Source: Isurus oxyrinchus
Lineage: Eukaryota
Assembly: GCA_026770705.1 (NCBI GenBank)
Contig: JANJGN010000724.1
Coordinates: 1-64,000, forward strand
DNA length: 64,000 nt
Direction: 5' to 3'
The position numbers and the translations under genes are program-made. Of the stretch, positions 37,930 through 51,616 are shown in pieces (position 1 is the stretch's first letter; the number at the start of each line of letters is the position of its first letter). The notes beneath the pieces are model-generated. The model was given only the letters and a program-made list of their open reading frames with translations. It did no database searches and was not told the origin of the DNA.

Positions 37930-39110
37930 TCGAGGGTTTGAATGGGCCTCCTCCTGTTCCTGTGTAACAGGCTCGAGGGGTCTAAATGGGCCTCCTCCTG
38001 TTCCAGTGTGACATGATTGTGTGGCTGATTAAGCCTCCCCCTGTTCCTGTGTAACAGTCTTTGGCAGGGCTGAATGTGCCTCCTCCTATTCCTGTGTAAC
38101 AGGCTCCAGGTGCTGAATGCCCTCCCCCTGTCCTTGTGTAACAGGCTCGAGTGTCCGAATAGGCCTCCTCCTGTTCCTGTGTAACAGGCTCAAGAGGCTG
38201 AATGGATCTCCTTGTTTTCCTGTGTTACAGGTTAGATGGTCTGAATGGGCCGCCTCCTGTTCCTGTGTAACAGGTTCAAGGGGACAGAATGGGCCTCCTC
38301 CTGTTTCTGTGTAACAGCATCATGGGGCTGAATGGGCCTCCACCTGTTCCTATCTAACAGGCTTGAGTGGCTGAATGGGCCTCCTCCTGTTCCTGTGTAA
38401 CAGGCTTGATGGGGCTAAATGGAGCCCCTAATGTTCCTGTGTAACAAGCTTGTGGAGGCTGAATGGGTCTCCTGTACCTGTGTAACAGGCTCAAGGGGAC
38501 AGAATGGGCCTCCTCCTGTTCCTGTGTAACAGGCTCGAGGGAACAGAATGGGCCTCCTCCTTTTTCTGTGTAACAGGCACGAGGGACTGAATGGGTTTCC
38601 TATTCCTGTGTAAGTGGGTTGAGAGACTGAATGTCCTCTTCCTGTTCCTGGGTAACAGGCTCGAGGAGCTGAGACTCTCTCCTGTTCCTGTGGAAGGGTG
38701 TTGAGGGACTAAATGTCCTTTTCCTGTTCCTGTATAATAGGCTCAAGAGGCTGATGGGCTTTCTCCTGTCCTCATGTAACAGGCTTGAGTGGCTGAATGG
38801 TCCTCCTCCTGTTCCTGTGTAACAGGCTTGAGGGAATGAATGGGCCTCCTCCTGTTCCTGTGTAACAAGCTCGAGGGGGCTGAATGGGCCTCCTCCTGTT
38901 CCTGTGTAACAGGATCAAGAGGCTGAATGGGCCTCTTCCTGTTCCTGTGTAACAGGCTCGAGGGGGCTGAATGGGCCTCCTCCTGTTCCTGTGTAACAGG
39001 CTCGAGGGGCTGAATGTGCCTCCTCCTGTTCCTGTGTAACAGGCTCGAGGGGGCTGAATGGCCTCCTCCTGTTCCTGTGTAACAGGCTCAGGTGCTGAAT
39101 GTCCTCCTGT
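37930..39110. repeat. ~42-44-bp minisatellite (GGGCTGAATGGGCCTCCTCCTGTTCCTGTGTAACAGGCTCGAGG), resembling the CR1/SINE 3' tail
   Basis: Tandem units; the same tail motif ends the CR1 copy at ~30180. Confidence 0.93.
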
Positions 39111-39112
39111 CA

Positions 39113-39328
39113 TTAAAAATAAATACTGCAGATGCTGTAAATCTGAAATAAAAACAGAAAAGGCTGCATTAACTCAGCAGGTCTGGCAGCAGCTGTGGAG
39201 AGAGAAACAGAGTTTTTGCTTATAGACTCTGAAGAAGGGTCATAAGGACACAAAATGCTAATTCTGTTTATCTCTGCACAGATGCTGCCAGACCTACTCA
39301 GTTTCTCCAGCATTTTCTGTTTTTGTAT
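39113..39328. mobile_element. Short palindromic interspersed repeat
   Basis: Arms ~39151-39213 and ~39260-39324 are imperfect reverse complements. Confidence 0.7.
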
Positions 39329-40444
39329 CAGGTGCCCTCTTGTTCCTGTGTAGCAGGTTCGAGGAGGCTGAATGGCCTCCTCCTGTTCCTATTCAATGGG
39401 CAGTCAAAGAATGTCTGATTTTGGACCTCGAACCCAATTCTGTCCTCAGGACATTGACAGAAGGAGAGACCAGTTACAGGTTAATGCCGGAGGATTATTT
39501 ATTTTCCCAATCTTTTATCCAAGTATCTCATCAAACACAGAGCAGAACCAGGATCAAGGATGTTGGTCTCTGTGATCTGTAACACATCGCACAGTCCACC
39601 CATCCACTCAGCCTTCAGGATGGATGCTTATTGTACTCTCCAAGAGTGAAAGACTAAAATGATGGTTTATTGCAGCTATATCTCATTCTGTTGTCAAAGC
39701 TGTCTCATCCATCCATGACATATTGAAGAAGTTAAACCTGCAACCAATTTTTCACATCATAATTTCCTATGTTCATTGGCAACATCAATGTAAACATGTC
39801 ACGCTGAAATGATGTCCTGCCACCAGTGGTGGCACTGTATCACATCTGTTATCCTCTGAGCTGCAGAGAATTTCTCAAATCTCCAATCAAATTGTTTCCC
39901 TGTTTCCGGGATTGCTGATGGTTTTGCTCTTTAACGATGAAGTGTAAAATCCAAATATATATCTGAAAATACATTTGACTACAAAATGCTGAGTAAATTT
40001 TACCAATCTCTTCTGCTCCAATTATCCACCGTTCCTGCATTCCCTGAAATCTACACTGGCTGGTGAATATTCTGTAAACACTGACAGACAGGAAGGTGAA
40101 TAACAGAATGAAAATTAACTCATAATCAAGGACACGGGATTGAATTTGTCCGTTCTGTCCTGGTACATCATCGAACGATATCTAAAGACATTTACAATCA
40201 GAATGGAGAGAAGGATGTTTCCAACAGTGAGGGACAATTCTGAAGGAGGATGTTCGAATTGAAACCCACAGACAATCATCCTGGATAGATCATTCCAAAG
40301 AAATTCCATCAGATTGTAACAAGAGGTTTAAATCTATTTCCTGGGAGTGAGTTCCTGTGGATATTAGGAAGGTAAATTGGAGTTTTGAATGATTCTCCCG
40401 TTCTGTATTCTCCCCACACTGTGTGTGTCTCATTCTTGCTCAGT

Positions 40445-40561
40445 TTATAAATTCCCATAAACAGAATCCTCAGCAAATTCACAGTTTGCGTAAAGATCAT
40501 CATCTGTATCAGGATTGACTCCGCGGTTAGATTTCATTTCCAGATCCTTCTCATCTTTCTG
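40445..40561 (-). CDS. Orphan terminal cytoplasmic exon with two Tyr motifs
   Basis: ttctattacag|QKDEKDLEMKSNRGVNPDTDDDLYANCEFAEDSVYGNL*. Confidence 0.62.
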   Translation of the reverse strand, partial: QKDEKDLEMKSNRGVNPDTDDDLYANCEFAEDSVYGNL

Positions 40562-40669
40562 CTGTAATAGAAACAGAAATGATCAGAGTGACAATCAGAG
40601 TGATCAGTGTTTAGTATTATTGATCCAAATCGAAAATTCCACCCACAATACATACATTAATTATTGATA

Positions 40670-43600
40670 CTGTTGGATGCTGGTCACGAGTTTGTTGGGA
40701 CTTATGGATCCAGGCTTGTTTTGGAGAGGCTGAGTAGGTACAATAGACAGAGTAGATCAGCAGACAGTTCTTAGATGAAACACATTCTGCTTATTTACAA
40801 AGGAACTCAGCAGCTACACTTGTGTGCTTTCAACTCAAGCCCTGTCTCTGCATTACAGGCTCTAACCAAAGGTGACCGACTACTGAGGTACCTGCGCCAC
40901 TCGGCTGTTGGACACTGATATAAGAGTTAAACAGGGACTTCTATTAGTGAAAACCAAAGGTCAGCAGAATTCTCCAGGTGAACCTTGTGCACCATGGGGC
41001 TGACATCAGCAGAACTCTCCAGAAAGGCCTTGAAGATCACGAGGGATTAACTCGAGAAGAGACATAAAGAGATGCTGAGGGTAAACAGATAAGGTAAAGG
41101 CAAACGGCACCAGGCTAGAACGAGATAAACAGTTCTTGCTTGGGTAAGGAGCAGATATGTACCTGGGACTGGGAACATATGCTTATTATGTGATTATGTA
41201 CTGACAAGATTTGAATTTAAATAACCCAATGTGTACGTGACTAACTCTGTGAACAAAAAAGATGGTTTCCCTGTAATGGGTAGAGTTCTGTTTTTAGCCA
41301 GGCCTGAGGTTGATTCTGAGAACACACCACAACACTGAGCTCATGTTATCTTCCATTGTAACCTTCTTCTTAAAGGTACATCACACATCAGATTACCACC
41401 ACCCTCCCCCTTTACTCAGAAACACATTTTACACTTACTTTTACCATTTTCTCAAAGTATCAGATGATTTACACAGATCAGTAATTTACAAATTCAGTCT
41501 TTCTGGGGGGTTTCCTTATGCGTCTGGAACGTCTCAGATCCACAGCTTCAGATACTTTGTCAGGAGTCTCCTTTTCTGATGTTGTCCCAACACCAGCTTC
41601 TTCGGTGGACACCTGCAAACCTGTTTCCTCAACTCTTGCAGGTACAACGGACCCTTCAGACACATCTGTTCTCAGCTGAGTTCTTTCAACAGGAGACATA
41701 GACGCAGCCGTGAAGACTGGTGGGGTTGTTTCTTGGTACTTTGTTTCTCTCCTCCTTATATGACCCACATGTCTCCATATGACTCGGTCTTCCACTTTCA
41801 CATGGTGAGAAAGAGTTCCAATCGCTGCATTTATTTCACCCGGTGACCACTTTGGCCGTTCTCTAAAATCCTTCACATATACCATCTCTCCTACGGTCAG
41901 CTTCCTGTCATGGCTATGCCAGTCATGTCCAGTTTCCTGTCTTCCTGGACTCCTTTCCACCTTCCCGCTGACATTTAGCATGACTGATGTTGCAAATGTG
42001 ACGTGAGAAAAAACTTTTTCACACAACTGAGTTTTGGGCCTGGAATGCACGGCCTGGAAGTGTTGTGGAGGCAGGTTCAATCGAGGCATTCAGGAGGGCA
42101 TTAGATGGTTATTTGGATAGAGAAAAGGTGCAGGGGCATGGGGAAAGGCAGGGCAATGACACTAGGTCATGATGCTCATTTGGAGAGCTGGGACAGACAC
42201 GATGGGCTGAATGGCCTCCTGCTGTGCCATTAAGACTCTGTGATCCTGCAGAGGAGACTCTGAAAGGCAAACCGGTTTATTGATACAACCCTTTGTGTGT
42301 ATTAATTGTGACAAACTTCTGGGAGGCCTTCTCGAACTCCAATTGTTGATAAGCATGGCTCATATCAGCTCCGTGTAGGCCGTTCCAGTCAATTCTTGTC
42401 ATCTCCACAAATTCAAACACTTTGGCCAGGCTCAGGTACAGGGACTATTGGTGCTGCCCATTCTGAGGACAGCACAGATTGTATCCCTCCCAGTTTCTAG
42501 AACCTGCCCAATTCAGCATCTGCCTTTTCCCACATTGCATAAGGTACTGGCCGTGCCTTCATAAATCAGAGGGGTAGAGTCTGGATCCACATGAATTTTT
42601 GCTTGCAGCCCCTGGATCTCCCCGAGTTCATCTTGGAAAACTGAGATGTATTTTTGTAGTAGCTCAGGTAGCCCACTGGCTCTCAGTTGGAAGATCTCAG
42701 ACCAATCCAGTTTAATATCTTTCAGCCAGTTTCGTCCAAGGAGGCTTGGTCCCTCACCAGCTCCCATCATCAAGGGTCATTTTACTGATTGACTTCCATA
42801 CTGTATAACAACCCTGCTTATGTCTTTGGCTTGAATGTCTTCTCCCGTGTGAGTTTTCAATTAGTCATCTGTTTCTTCCAAATTTAATTGACTTTCCCCA
42901 TGATTCCAGTATTTGAAAGTATGCTCCCCAATTAGCGTAATGTTAGCTCCTGTGTCCACCCCCATTCTGAGAGCTCTATCATTCACCCTCACTGTTACAT
43001 AGATTGGCTCTGTTCTTCCTACCTTTAAATTATACAATGAATAACTATCTGAATCTGTTACTTCAGGCTCTTCTATGTTATGGATCTCACAGGGTTTTCT
43101 CTCTTGGTTGAAACTCTGCCTGATTCTATCCTTGCAATCTCTCATGGGCTCTCTGTTTCGATGACAGTAAAAACAATTGATTTTTTTAAAGTTCCATTCA
43201 CTACGAGGTTGTCTGCTTCACCTCTGTTCACATTATTCCATGTTTTCTCTGCTAAGTCATTCCTTTTTATTTGCTGCTAGTGGTGGAGGTTTCCCGTTTC
43301 TCATCAGAGCTGTACATTTTCCCGCACTTCTTGGCTGAGGCTCCTCACCCAACATGAGGACGGTGACATTTTGCACTATCCATATGTTTTTCGAGTCCCT
43401 CACTGCTCTTTCCATAGCCAGCACTATTCCCAGCACCTTCTGAATATCCAAATCTGTTTCAGACAGTAATCTCTTCTGAATCGCATCTTCATTTATACTG
43501 CACACCAGTTGATCTCTCAGCATATTATTTATAGATTTACCAAACTCACAATGTCCTATTAACTCTTTCAGACTTTCCACATAACATGCAGCTGCCTCCC

Positions 43601-44040
43601 CTGGGACTCTATTTCTTGAGTTAAATTTGGACCGTTGCATCGTTACCGAGGGCTGGGGCTGGGAAGGAATCTTCACAAGGTTCACTATATCATCTAAACT
43701 TTTTGAATCCATGGCACCGGGTGACATTAAAGTTCGCATCAATCCCTAAATCTTACTCCCACACGTGGATAAGAGGGTCGCTCGCCTCTTCTCCTCCCCA
43801 TCAATGTCATTCACTTGGAAAAAGAACGCGAGGAGTTCACCATAATGAGACCAATCGCCCACCGTTGGGTCGAAAGGATCAACTCTTCCAAACTGCAGCA
43901 TTCTTCGAGGGGACTGCTTCGGTTATTAGGATGGAAATTATATTTATAATCGTTGCGTGAGGCACAGCCGGATTTCGGTTCCCTTGCTCTCATTCCTTGC
44001 TTTTTCTTCCTTGTTATTCACCTCATCGCCAGTTTATTCA
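40670..44040 (-). mobile_element. Degraded Gypsy LTR retrotransposon
   Basis: gag (MLRDQLVCSINEDAIQKRLL), protease (VDTGA), integrase C-terminus (GEMVYVKDF...RRHVGHIR); PBS-like TGGCGATGAGG at ~44030; polypurine tract at ~41400. Confidence 0.88.
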
Positions 44041-44059
44041 ACCCTTGTCACTACTTTAG

Positions 44060-44370
44060 TTTGCATTCCCTCGGTACTGAGCCTGCGACAGTGCAGCATT
44101 CCCTGGGTACGGACCCTCCGACTGTGCAGTGGTCCCTTAGTCATGAGCCCCTGATAGTGCAGCAGCCCCTAAGTACTGATGCTCGAAAAGTGTAGCGCTC
44201 CCTCAGCATTGACCATCTGACAGTGCAGCACTCCTTCAGCACTGGCACACCCAGAGTGCAACACTCGCAGTACAGACCCTCCGACAGTGCAGCACTAAGT
44301 CAGTGCTGACCGTCCAACAGTGCAGCACTCCCTCAGCACTGACCCTCCGACTGTGCAGGACTCTCAGTCC
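44060..44370. repeat. Diverged 33-bp minisatellite
   Basis: Same family, opposite orientation to the 25960-27900 array. Confidence 0.85.
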
Positions 44371-44587
44371 TGACACCGAGTGCCGGTCTGAATTTTGCCA
44401 AATGAATTTCGAACTGACGACCTTCTCACTCAGAGAGAGAGAGGGTTCGAAATCCAGTGACACACAGGAGAAATTCCTGGTCAATGACTTTCCACTTTTG
44501 AGCAGAAATATCATCACAAGTCCAGAACGCCAAGGGTTAACAGCTTCAAAAAACTCAAAACACGAGCTGTTCTGTCACTTTGATCCA

Positions 44588-44727
44588 ACTTCCTCATTTT
44601 GTCTCACAGAGACACATCAACCCTTTCTCATTAAATACACAGAGGGAGCAGCACAGGAAGAGGTCATTCAGCCCAGGCAGAGCGTGTGGGCAGTTCCTCC
44701 CCAGGCGAGCAGTCGGACAGGTCCTGG
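44588..44727 (+). promoter_or_regulatory. Gene D promoter / exon 1
   Basis: ACTTCCTCATTTT (PU.1-type), TTAAATA, CTGG|gtaagt. Confidence 0.6.
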
Positions 44728-45176
44728 GTAAGTAATGGAACGATTGGAATTCACTTCCACGACCAACACAGTCCTTTGTTGATGTTGTGACTTTATAAAG
44801 ACAAATTCCAATGATTGATGCCTTTGAAAGATTTCTACTGATATTGAGATCTGGGTGTGAGGCTCAAGTCTGTTGTACAGAACATCTTTCTAGCTCAAGG
44901 GATGAGGGAAGTGCAGGGACATGAGCTTTGGGACATCCTGAGGTGCTGAAATACGATATAGAAATGCAAGTCCTTCATTGATTTATTTTTTTAAAGCTTT
45001 TTAACTCTCTGCAGAGCACCTATCATCCCACAGAGAACCAAATTAGTCTGTGTAGACAATGTGTAAAAGCAGTTCTGATCTCTCGAGAGCTGTCGGACAA
45101 GAGGTGAGGTCTCATTAACTCCTTTCTCTTTCACAGTTTGAGAGTCAGAAGCTAAAGGAATATCTGGGAGTGGACA

Positions 45177-45216
45177 ATGATCGGGAAATCCTACTTCCTC
45201 CTGTCACTTCTCCAAG
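45177..45216 (+). CDS. Gene D signal-peptide exon (the exon starts at 45137)
   Basis: MIGKSYFLLSLLQ G|gtaat. Confidence 0.88.
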
Positions 45217-46229
45217 GTAATATCATCGTCAACTTGGACAGACTTATGGCTAATAGTCTTTGTAAAAGATCATTCTTATTGAGCTGTGATAGGGAACTGA
45301 TTCAGCAGTGAGCCAGTGTACAAACTCACACCAAGTCCCATTCACCCATCACCCCTGTGCTCACTGATATACACTGACTCCCTGTCTGACAGCAGAACTG
45401 CAGGACAGCAGAGACCTCAAAGGGTTTCAGGGCTGGAGGAGGTGACAGTGATAGGGAGTGGAGAGGGAGGATGGAGGGATAAGGAATCAATGAAGAGATT
45501 TTGAAAATTGAGTCATTGCTGGACTGGGAGCCAGTGTAGGTCAGCGAGTGACAGGGGAGCGATCGGCTGAATAGAGAAGCAGGGATAAAAACTGGGGGAT
45601 GAAGTCTATCCTGATGCAAGCACTCCGATATCAATGCCCTGAAATGTTTCTCTCTTGCTGATTTTCATCAGAATTTCCCATGAAGACAACACAGAAGCTC
45701 TTAGATTAGACAGGCAGTTCAGCGTCACACTTCCTGTCCATTCTCACCATGCTAGAAAATTCGATAAGATAGCAAGATAACTGATAGAGAGAAGGGAGGC
45801 AAAGCTGTCTGTATGTAAAACTGTCAAATATTCTGAGTTATCATGATTGTTTCTGATCTGCTGCAGAGTTTATATTTCATTGAAACTTATTACTTTGCAG
45901 CTCAGAGAGAGACCATTGACTCACTGCCTGAAAGGGCGGTGGAAGCAGATTCAACAGGAACTTTCAGAAGGGGAACTGGATAAATACTTGAAGGGGAAAT
46001 TTTGCAGGGTTGTGGAGGAAAGAGCAGAGGTGAGAGTGGGAATAATTGGACAGATCTTTCAACGGCCCAGCACAGGCTCGATGGGCCAAATGGCTTCCTT
46101 CAGTTCTGGATCATTCTACAATCCGATAAATTAAGTCCCTTTTCAATAACTCTCCAGGCTCCTGCTGCAGGAATGGATCTTTCAGAAGGGCAGGGAGCAA
46201 GCGGTTTCTCATATCATGTTCATATTTAT

Positions 46230-49200
46230 TGACAATTACATAAGTGCATGGAACTGTTGAATATTTGAGTCTCTAAAGTGTGGATTTAACCTTCTGGTAC
46301 ACCCAGATCTTGTGCTGGTTACCTTGTCTGGAGGTGTCTTTAACTGCTCACAGTGATCTGTGGGATTGTCACCCTTGGATGTTGTTCCTGATTTCATGTG
46401 GGATCTTCTCCTCGATGGAATAGGAGCGGGAATGGATCTGATTTATCCTCAGTTCCGCCTCACCGCTGTGCCCTTGTGTGTTTGACTCCATAGGCCCTTG
46501 GTTCTGAACAAATCCTTGTCACCTCGGCTGGTGATCATGAACCTTCTGTGGGATCCTGGATGTGAACTTGTCCCAACTGTAAACTTGGCAACTGTGCACC
46601 TCCATTTTTATCATGAACATTCCTTATCTTCTCTTGTAGTTTTAAAAGTTGCCCTCTGGTTTCTGAGAGAGTAGAATGGGTAAGAATAGCGAAATTGGTC
46701 ACTACTGGCCCACCAAACATGATCTCTGTCAGTGATGCAATAAGGTGAGGTGATGGTGTAGTGGTATTGTTGCTGGACGAGTAATTCAGAGACCCAGGGT
46801 AATGTCCTGAAAATATGAGTTCAAATCCTGTCATAATAGATGATGGAATTTGAATTTAATAAAAAGATGAAATTCAAAGTCTAGTGATGACCACAAAACC
46901 ATTGTTGGAAATCCCACCTGGTTCACCAGTGCCCTTTAGGGAACAAAATTGTCTGGCCGACATGTGACTCCAGACTCCACGTCAATGTGGTTGACTCTTA
47001 CATTAGGGATGGGTAATAAATCCTGGCCTGACCAGTGACTCCCACATCCCATGAATGAATTTAACAAAGTTGCAGTTGTAGGTGTTGATCTCAGATGTAA
47101 CATTGCAATGTGTGGATCTTGCTTGGTCTGTCTACATTTGAGAATTAGGGATTTCACTGGTGTGAATCATTCATTCAGCTAGGCCGTTAGATCTGGGGTA
47201 ATGAGGAGAAGAAGTTGTGTGATTGATATTCCAGATTATATGTACTCATGTCCCTAGGCTCACCAAATAAACTGAAAATAGTGCTTGGAATGTGTGCACC
47301 AGTAGTGCTCGGTGTGTTGTGTTATTTTTGAATAACGGGATATCTGGTAAAGCTGTCGACGATGACGATGAAGTCAGTGACATGGACATGAAAGGATTCA
47401 GATGTGAATTTGGACTAAGAATAGGCAGGAATTTCCTGTGGAATCAGTGGTTCTTTGTGTTGACTTGGCTCATCCTCTTGACAAGCCTCGAACTTCCCTA
47501 CAACGACTTCAAGGTCATTGTTCATACCCGGCCAGTGACTGTATCTCTTGTGAGTCTCCCTGTCTGATCTGTGCCCATGTGTGAGGGATGAAGTTGTTGA
47601 AGAATATATCATCACAAAGGTTCCGGTATGATGCGATGCCTGCCATTAAAAATGACTCCCTGGGAGATGCCTCACTTATCCTGATGACATCAAGTTGAAT
47701 CAGCCACCCTTTCAATGATATTTCCACAGTTCCTGTAGAATTTTTCACTGTTCCCTCTTGTAGCTGCTGGCATTTCTGTTGTGCTAAATGTACTGGATCA
47801 ATTGACAGACTTGCATTCTCCTGCAGGTGTAATGTTGCAGCTCCCTTGAAACTACAAATACTGTTGAAACTTTCTGCATATTTCAATGTTATGTCCATGA
47901 ACTGAGTTGATGGGGTAGTTTCTGAGGTTGACCCATGTCAGGTCTGACAGATTCCATGGATAGTCACTAGTGTGAGGTCACCGCATGCCGGTAGACTTGC
48001 AATTGCTCAGCCTTTAGTCTCCACAATGTAGAACATCTGTGACACCCAGGAGGATTGATTGTACTTGCACCCCAGGACTATGTATTCCGCACATGGAGTT
48101 GGTGAAGTGTTGTACACAGCAGTAGGTTTCCCCATGGACTTCCATGTCCTTGGATATATGTCTTTGAAAATTTGCTGGGGTGGGCTGGGGGAGGGGAATG
48201 TTGGCACTTGCCCTTGTGTCACTCTTGGCCAATAAAGGGGAGGTAGCCACTTTCTCAGGGCAGATAATTGGAATCTTGGCCAATAGTGCGGGTGATGTGA
48301 CAGCATCTGTTCTCCGTGAGATCGATGGTGTAAAAGGTGTGAAATTGTTCAACAATTGCACAAAACGTTGAGCACAAATGTTGCACAAACTCTAAGCCGG
48401 GGTTTTCCGGCCCGGTCATGGTGGGACCTGCCTTGGGAGATTGGGACAAATATAAATCCATTGGCTTTCGGCCGGACCGGACAATCCTGGCAGTGGGTGG
48501 GGCCAGAAAATCCTACCACTATGGGACATTTTCAGTTTATTTGATGTGCCCAGAGAGATCACTAAGGACAACAATCCACAATTTATTGACAAGCCACGAC
48601 AGGATATGTGTGAGAGGTGGAATATCGATCACCGCACCTCGTCTCGCCGTGCACATCATCGCCATTTCCTGGTTTGTCAGTCACCACATGTATATGTTCC
48701 TGATGGGATAGCGGATGGTCATTCTTATTGATTGAAGGTTCCCCGTTGTGTAGGGTCTGTTTGGATCAGCGCACGGCTCTTTGCAGCTGCATCAGCCTTT
48801 GCTCTAGTGCTCTGCCGCTGTCACTGGCCCTTTCTGCCACAAGCCTTGCAGGATTGGTGGAAAGCTGGGCATTTCCTTGGTGCCTGCAGAAGGCCACACC
48901 TTCCACACGTCTCACTAGGTTTGGATGTTCTAGTGAGTGTGTCAACAATTGATGTTGTACTGAGGACCTGTAAGCTTCGTTGACCTGCGAGGATCACTTC
49001 GTATTTATGTCCATCCTTGAGTAGCTCTTCAATGCTATAGGTTTTGGTCTTATCTAGCAGATCTTTCTGGAAGGCTTCCATGGGAGTGGATGCGATCACC
49101 AACTCAACAACTGTGTCTGCAGGCTCTGTGTTTGAAATCACAGTGCGTACCCTTTTCTCTACATCGGCTGATGAAGTGGTCTATGGATTGTGTAGGCTGA

Positions 49201-50330
49201 TGAAATGACATAAACTCTAGTTGATGAATATGGAGTTTCACCTGATTCTGAACCTGTCTTCCAATATCGTCCATATCTATTGGGGATCCTTTCGCTCTTC
49301 TGCTGTTAATCCTGACGTGTTCAGCCTGTGTAGACCTTCATTCCCAATCACGAGGTGAATTTTTATGGCTTGTTCGTCTGGTTCAGTCACACCTGAATCA
49401 GGAAACCAGAGCTCTGTACGCTGTTTAAACATTCTGAATTCAGATAGACGGTCAGCTACATCCCAGTTCAAACTGGGGAATTTCATGGACATTCTGACAA
49501 TATTCCTTTGACCTTCCTTCTCCTACAGGACCTGGGATGAGTGTCGCTTTAGCCCCTTTCGTGCGCTTTTCCGAAGCTCCGCCCACGAAGATGGGTTGTG
49601 GCAGGAACACACCACGGAGTAATGGAGTCTTTGTTTTTTATTCAATTTGCTGTTCAGCAATCTCGAAGCCGCCCGTTATAATCACTAACTTCTCTGGGCT
49701 GATTTTTATAATGGTTTTTGTGTGTTTGACTCTCCCTCGCTCACTATCGATCCAGCCCACACCCGGGTCCCTCGCCTTCCCTGACTGAGCTAACCCGCTG
49801 CTGGTCCTGGCGATACACACTGTCCCACTCACTGACCTACAGGCCGTGTGCTGTAATCTCACCACGAGGGATCAGTCTGCTCCCCAGCTCATTACTTGAG
49901 CTCTTTCCCGTCACTGTGTCTTCAAAGGTTTCCTGAGCAGTCAGTACACTGCGATTTCAACCCTCTCTGATGCTGTGTCTCTGTTGTGGTCTGACCAAAG
50001 CGTCGAGGGTCGTCTCATGTCATGTAGCTCGATCTCAGGCTGTTCACCATGTCATACCTGTACTGAATCTTGCGGCCAGAATGTTTGGCCACCGCTGATC
50101 ACCATGTTGTGTTTTTATAATGATATAAAGGCACCAGCCACTGATACGGAATTGGGTAAATACATTGTGGGTTCAGTTATTTAGAATGGGGACATGAGAA
50201 CAGATATACAAGGATAGAAAGCTGGGAGACACCTGCAGCCAAACTGTGTGAGCTGTGTTCTGCTCACAGGCCAAAGTGAAACTTGGACTGGATGGTGTTA
50301 TCATCCCAGCTGATGTTACTACTGGGCAAG
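46230..50330 (-). mobile_element. Degraded Gypsy LTR retrotransposon (second family) with nested SINE/MITE pieces
   Basis: gag FPSLNW...FRMFKQRTELWF, zinc knuckle CGRCG...CPAFHQSCKACG, integrase remnants (HWPGMNNDLE, LHLRSTP); PBS-like TGGTGATCAGCGG at ~50100. Confidence 0.85.
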
Positions 50331-51552
50331 TCAGATCCCAGGGTGGAACTCAGCTTGATAGGTCCTAACTTTTATTTTTTATTTAGGAATGTGGAGTGCT
50401 GCTACTGAACAGAGTCACAGGAATCATCTGATGACCTTCTAACAAAAGAATAAAACATTTATTAAACTAGGAAAGACAAACTATATTACATTACTCCTTC
50501 ACCCAGACCTATACCTTTACAGATTCATAAGTAGAATACAAGTTACAATAACTATCTTATACTCTCATGTTCACACTAAGTACACAGTTCATGCAAACCA
50601 ATAGACGACCTGGTGTCAGGGACACCACATTCTGTAACCAAGTGATAGACCCCAATTGGAACAAATGCTATGGGTTTCAGGTCAACTGACTCCAGACACT
50701 TGTTTCACCATGAGGCAACTGGTCTTACAAAACTGTATCTTTCACATGAGAGTTTCCAATCTCTACTCACCAAGTGCTCTCTTTGGAATCTTCTCCAACA
50801 TGACACTTTCACTCAGAGACCTTCCACAAGGGTCCACTTCCACGATTTCAAACTCTCCTTCCCATGTTCCTGCCCCCTGGATCGCCACATGCATTCAGCC
50901 TTCCTTCTACGCGTTGTCTTTCCAATGCTCAGTCATGCCAATGGAACACCATGGCTTCACATGGTCATAGTAAGAAGACATCAACATTTGGCTGTCTCCT
51001 ATGATCTTCTGGCTTCTAATCAGCCTTTTTTGCTTTAGGTCTGTGTCCTTTTGCTTTTTCTCTTTTAGCTTGGATCCCTCCTCTGCTCCTCAATCTTATC
51101 TCGACTTAACAGGACCTTTTTCAGATTCCTGATCTTCTTTGGAGTAGAAGGTCTTCTTGGCTCTTTCTCCTGTTCCACTCGATAGTTTTGGCTTCTTCTT
51201 TACTTTGGGACTGACTATCTGTCCCGCTCCTTTGCTGCTTCTCCTGGCAACTCCTTTCAACCAAACTGAAAGCACATTTCTGTTTTTCTCTGTCTCTATG
51301 GGTCCGTCCCTCTGGATCACTGTTGCTTAGCAATAGCACAGTTTCTTACACCTTGTGTTTGCTTTGACTTTCCTTCAAGAGACATCAAACCCCATTAGAT
51401 TGCTAAACGAAAATGAAACCAAAACTGAAGTTTCCCCCTTTCTTAACACACAAATACAGAAATCAAACTAAACTTGAACATAAACATATACCTTATCCCT
51501 AACACACACAAATACACATAGAACTTACTTAAGCTATACCCAATTCCTAAAA
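50314..51552. mobile_element. Probable solo LTR nested in the Gypsy LTR
   Basis: Non-coding block starting with TGT that appears to interrupt LTR-like sequence; composition like the other LTRs. Confidence 0.4.
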
Positions 51553-51616
51553 TCACATGACACACTTCCCCTCGAGTGATGTCATGCTGCTGTCCCTGAA
51601 AGGCATATTACAACAG

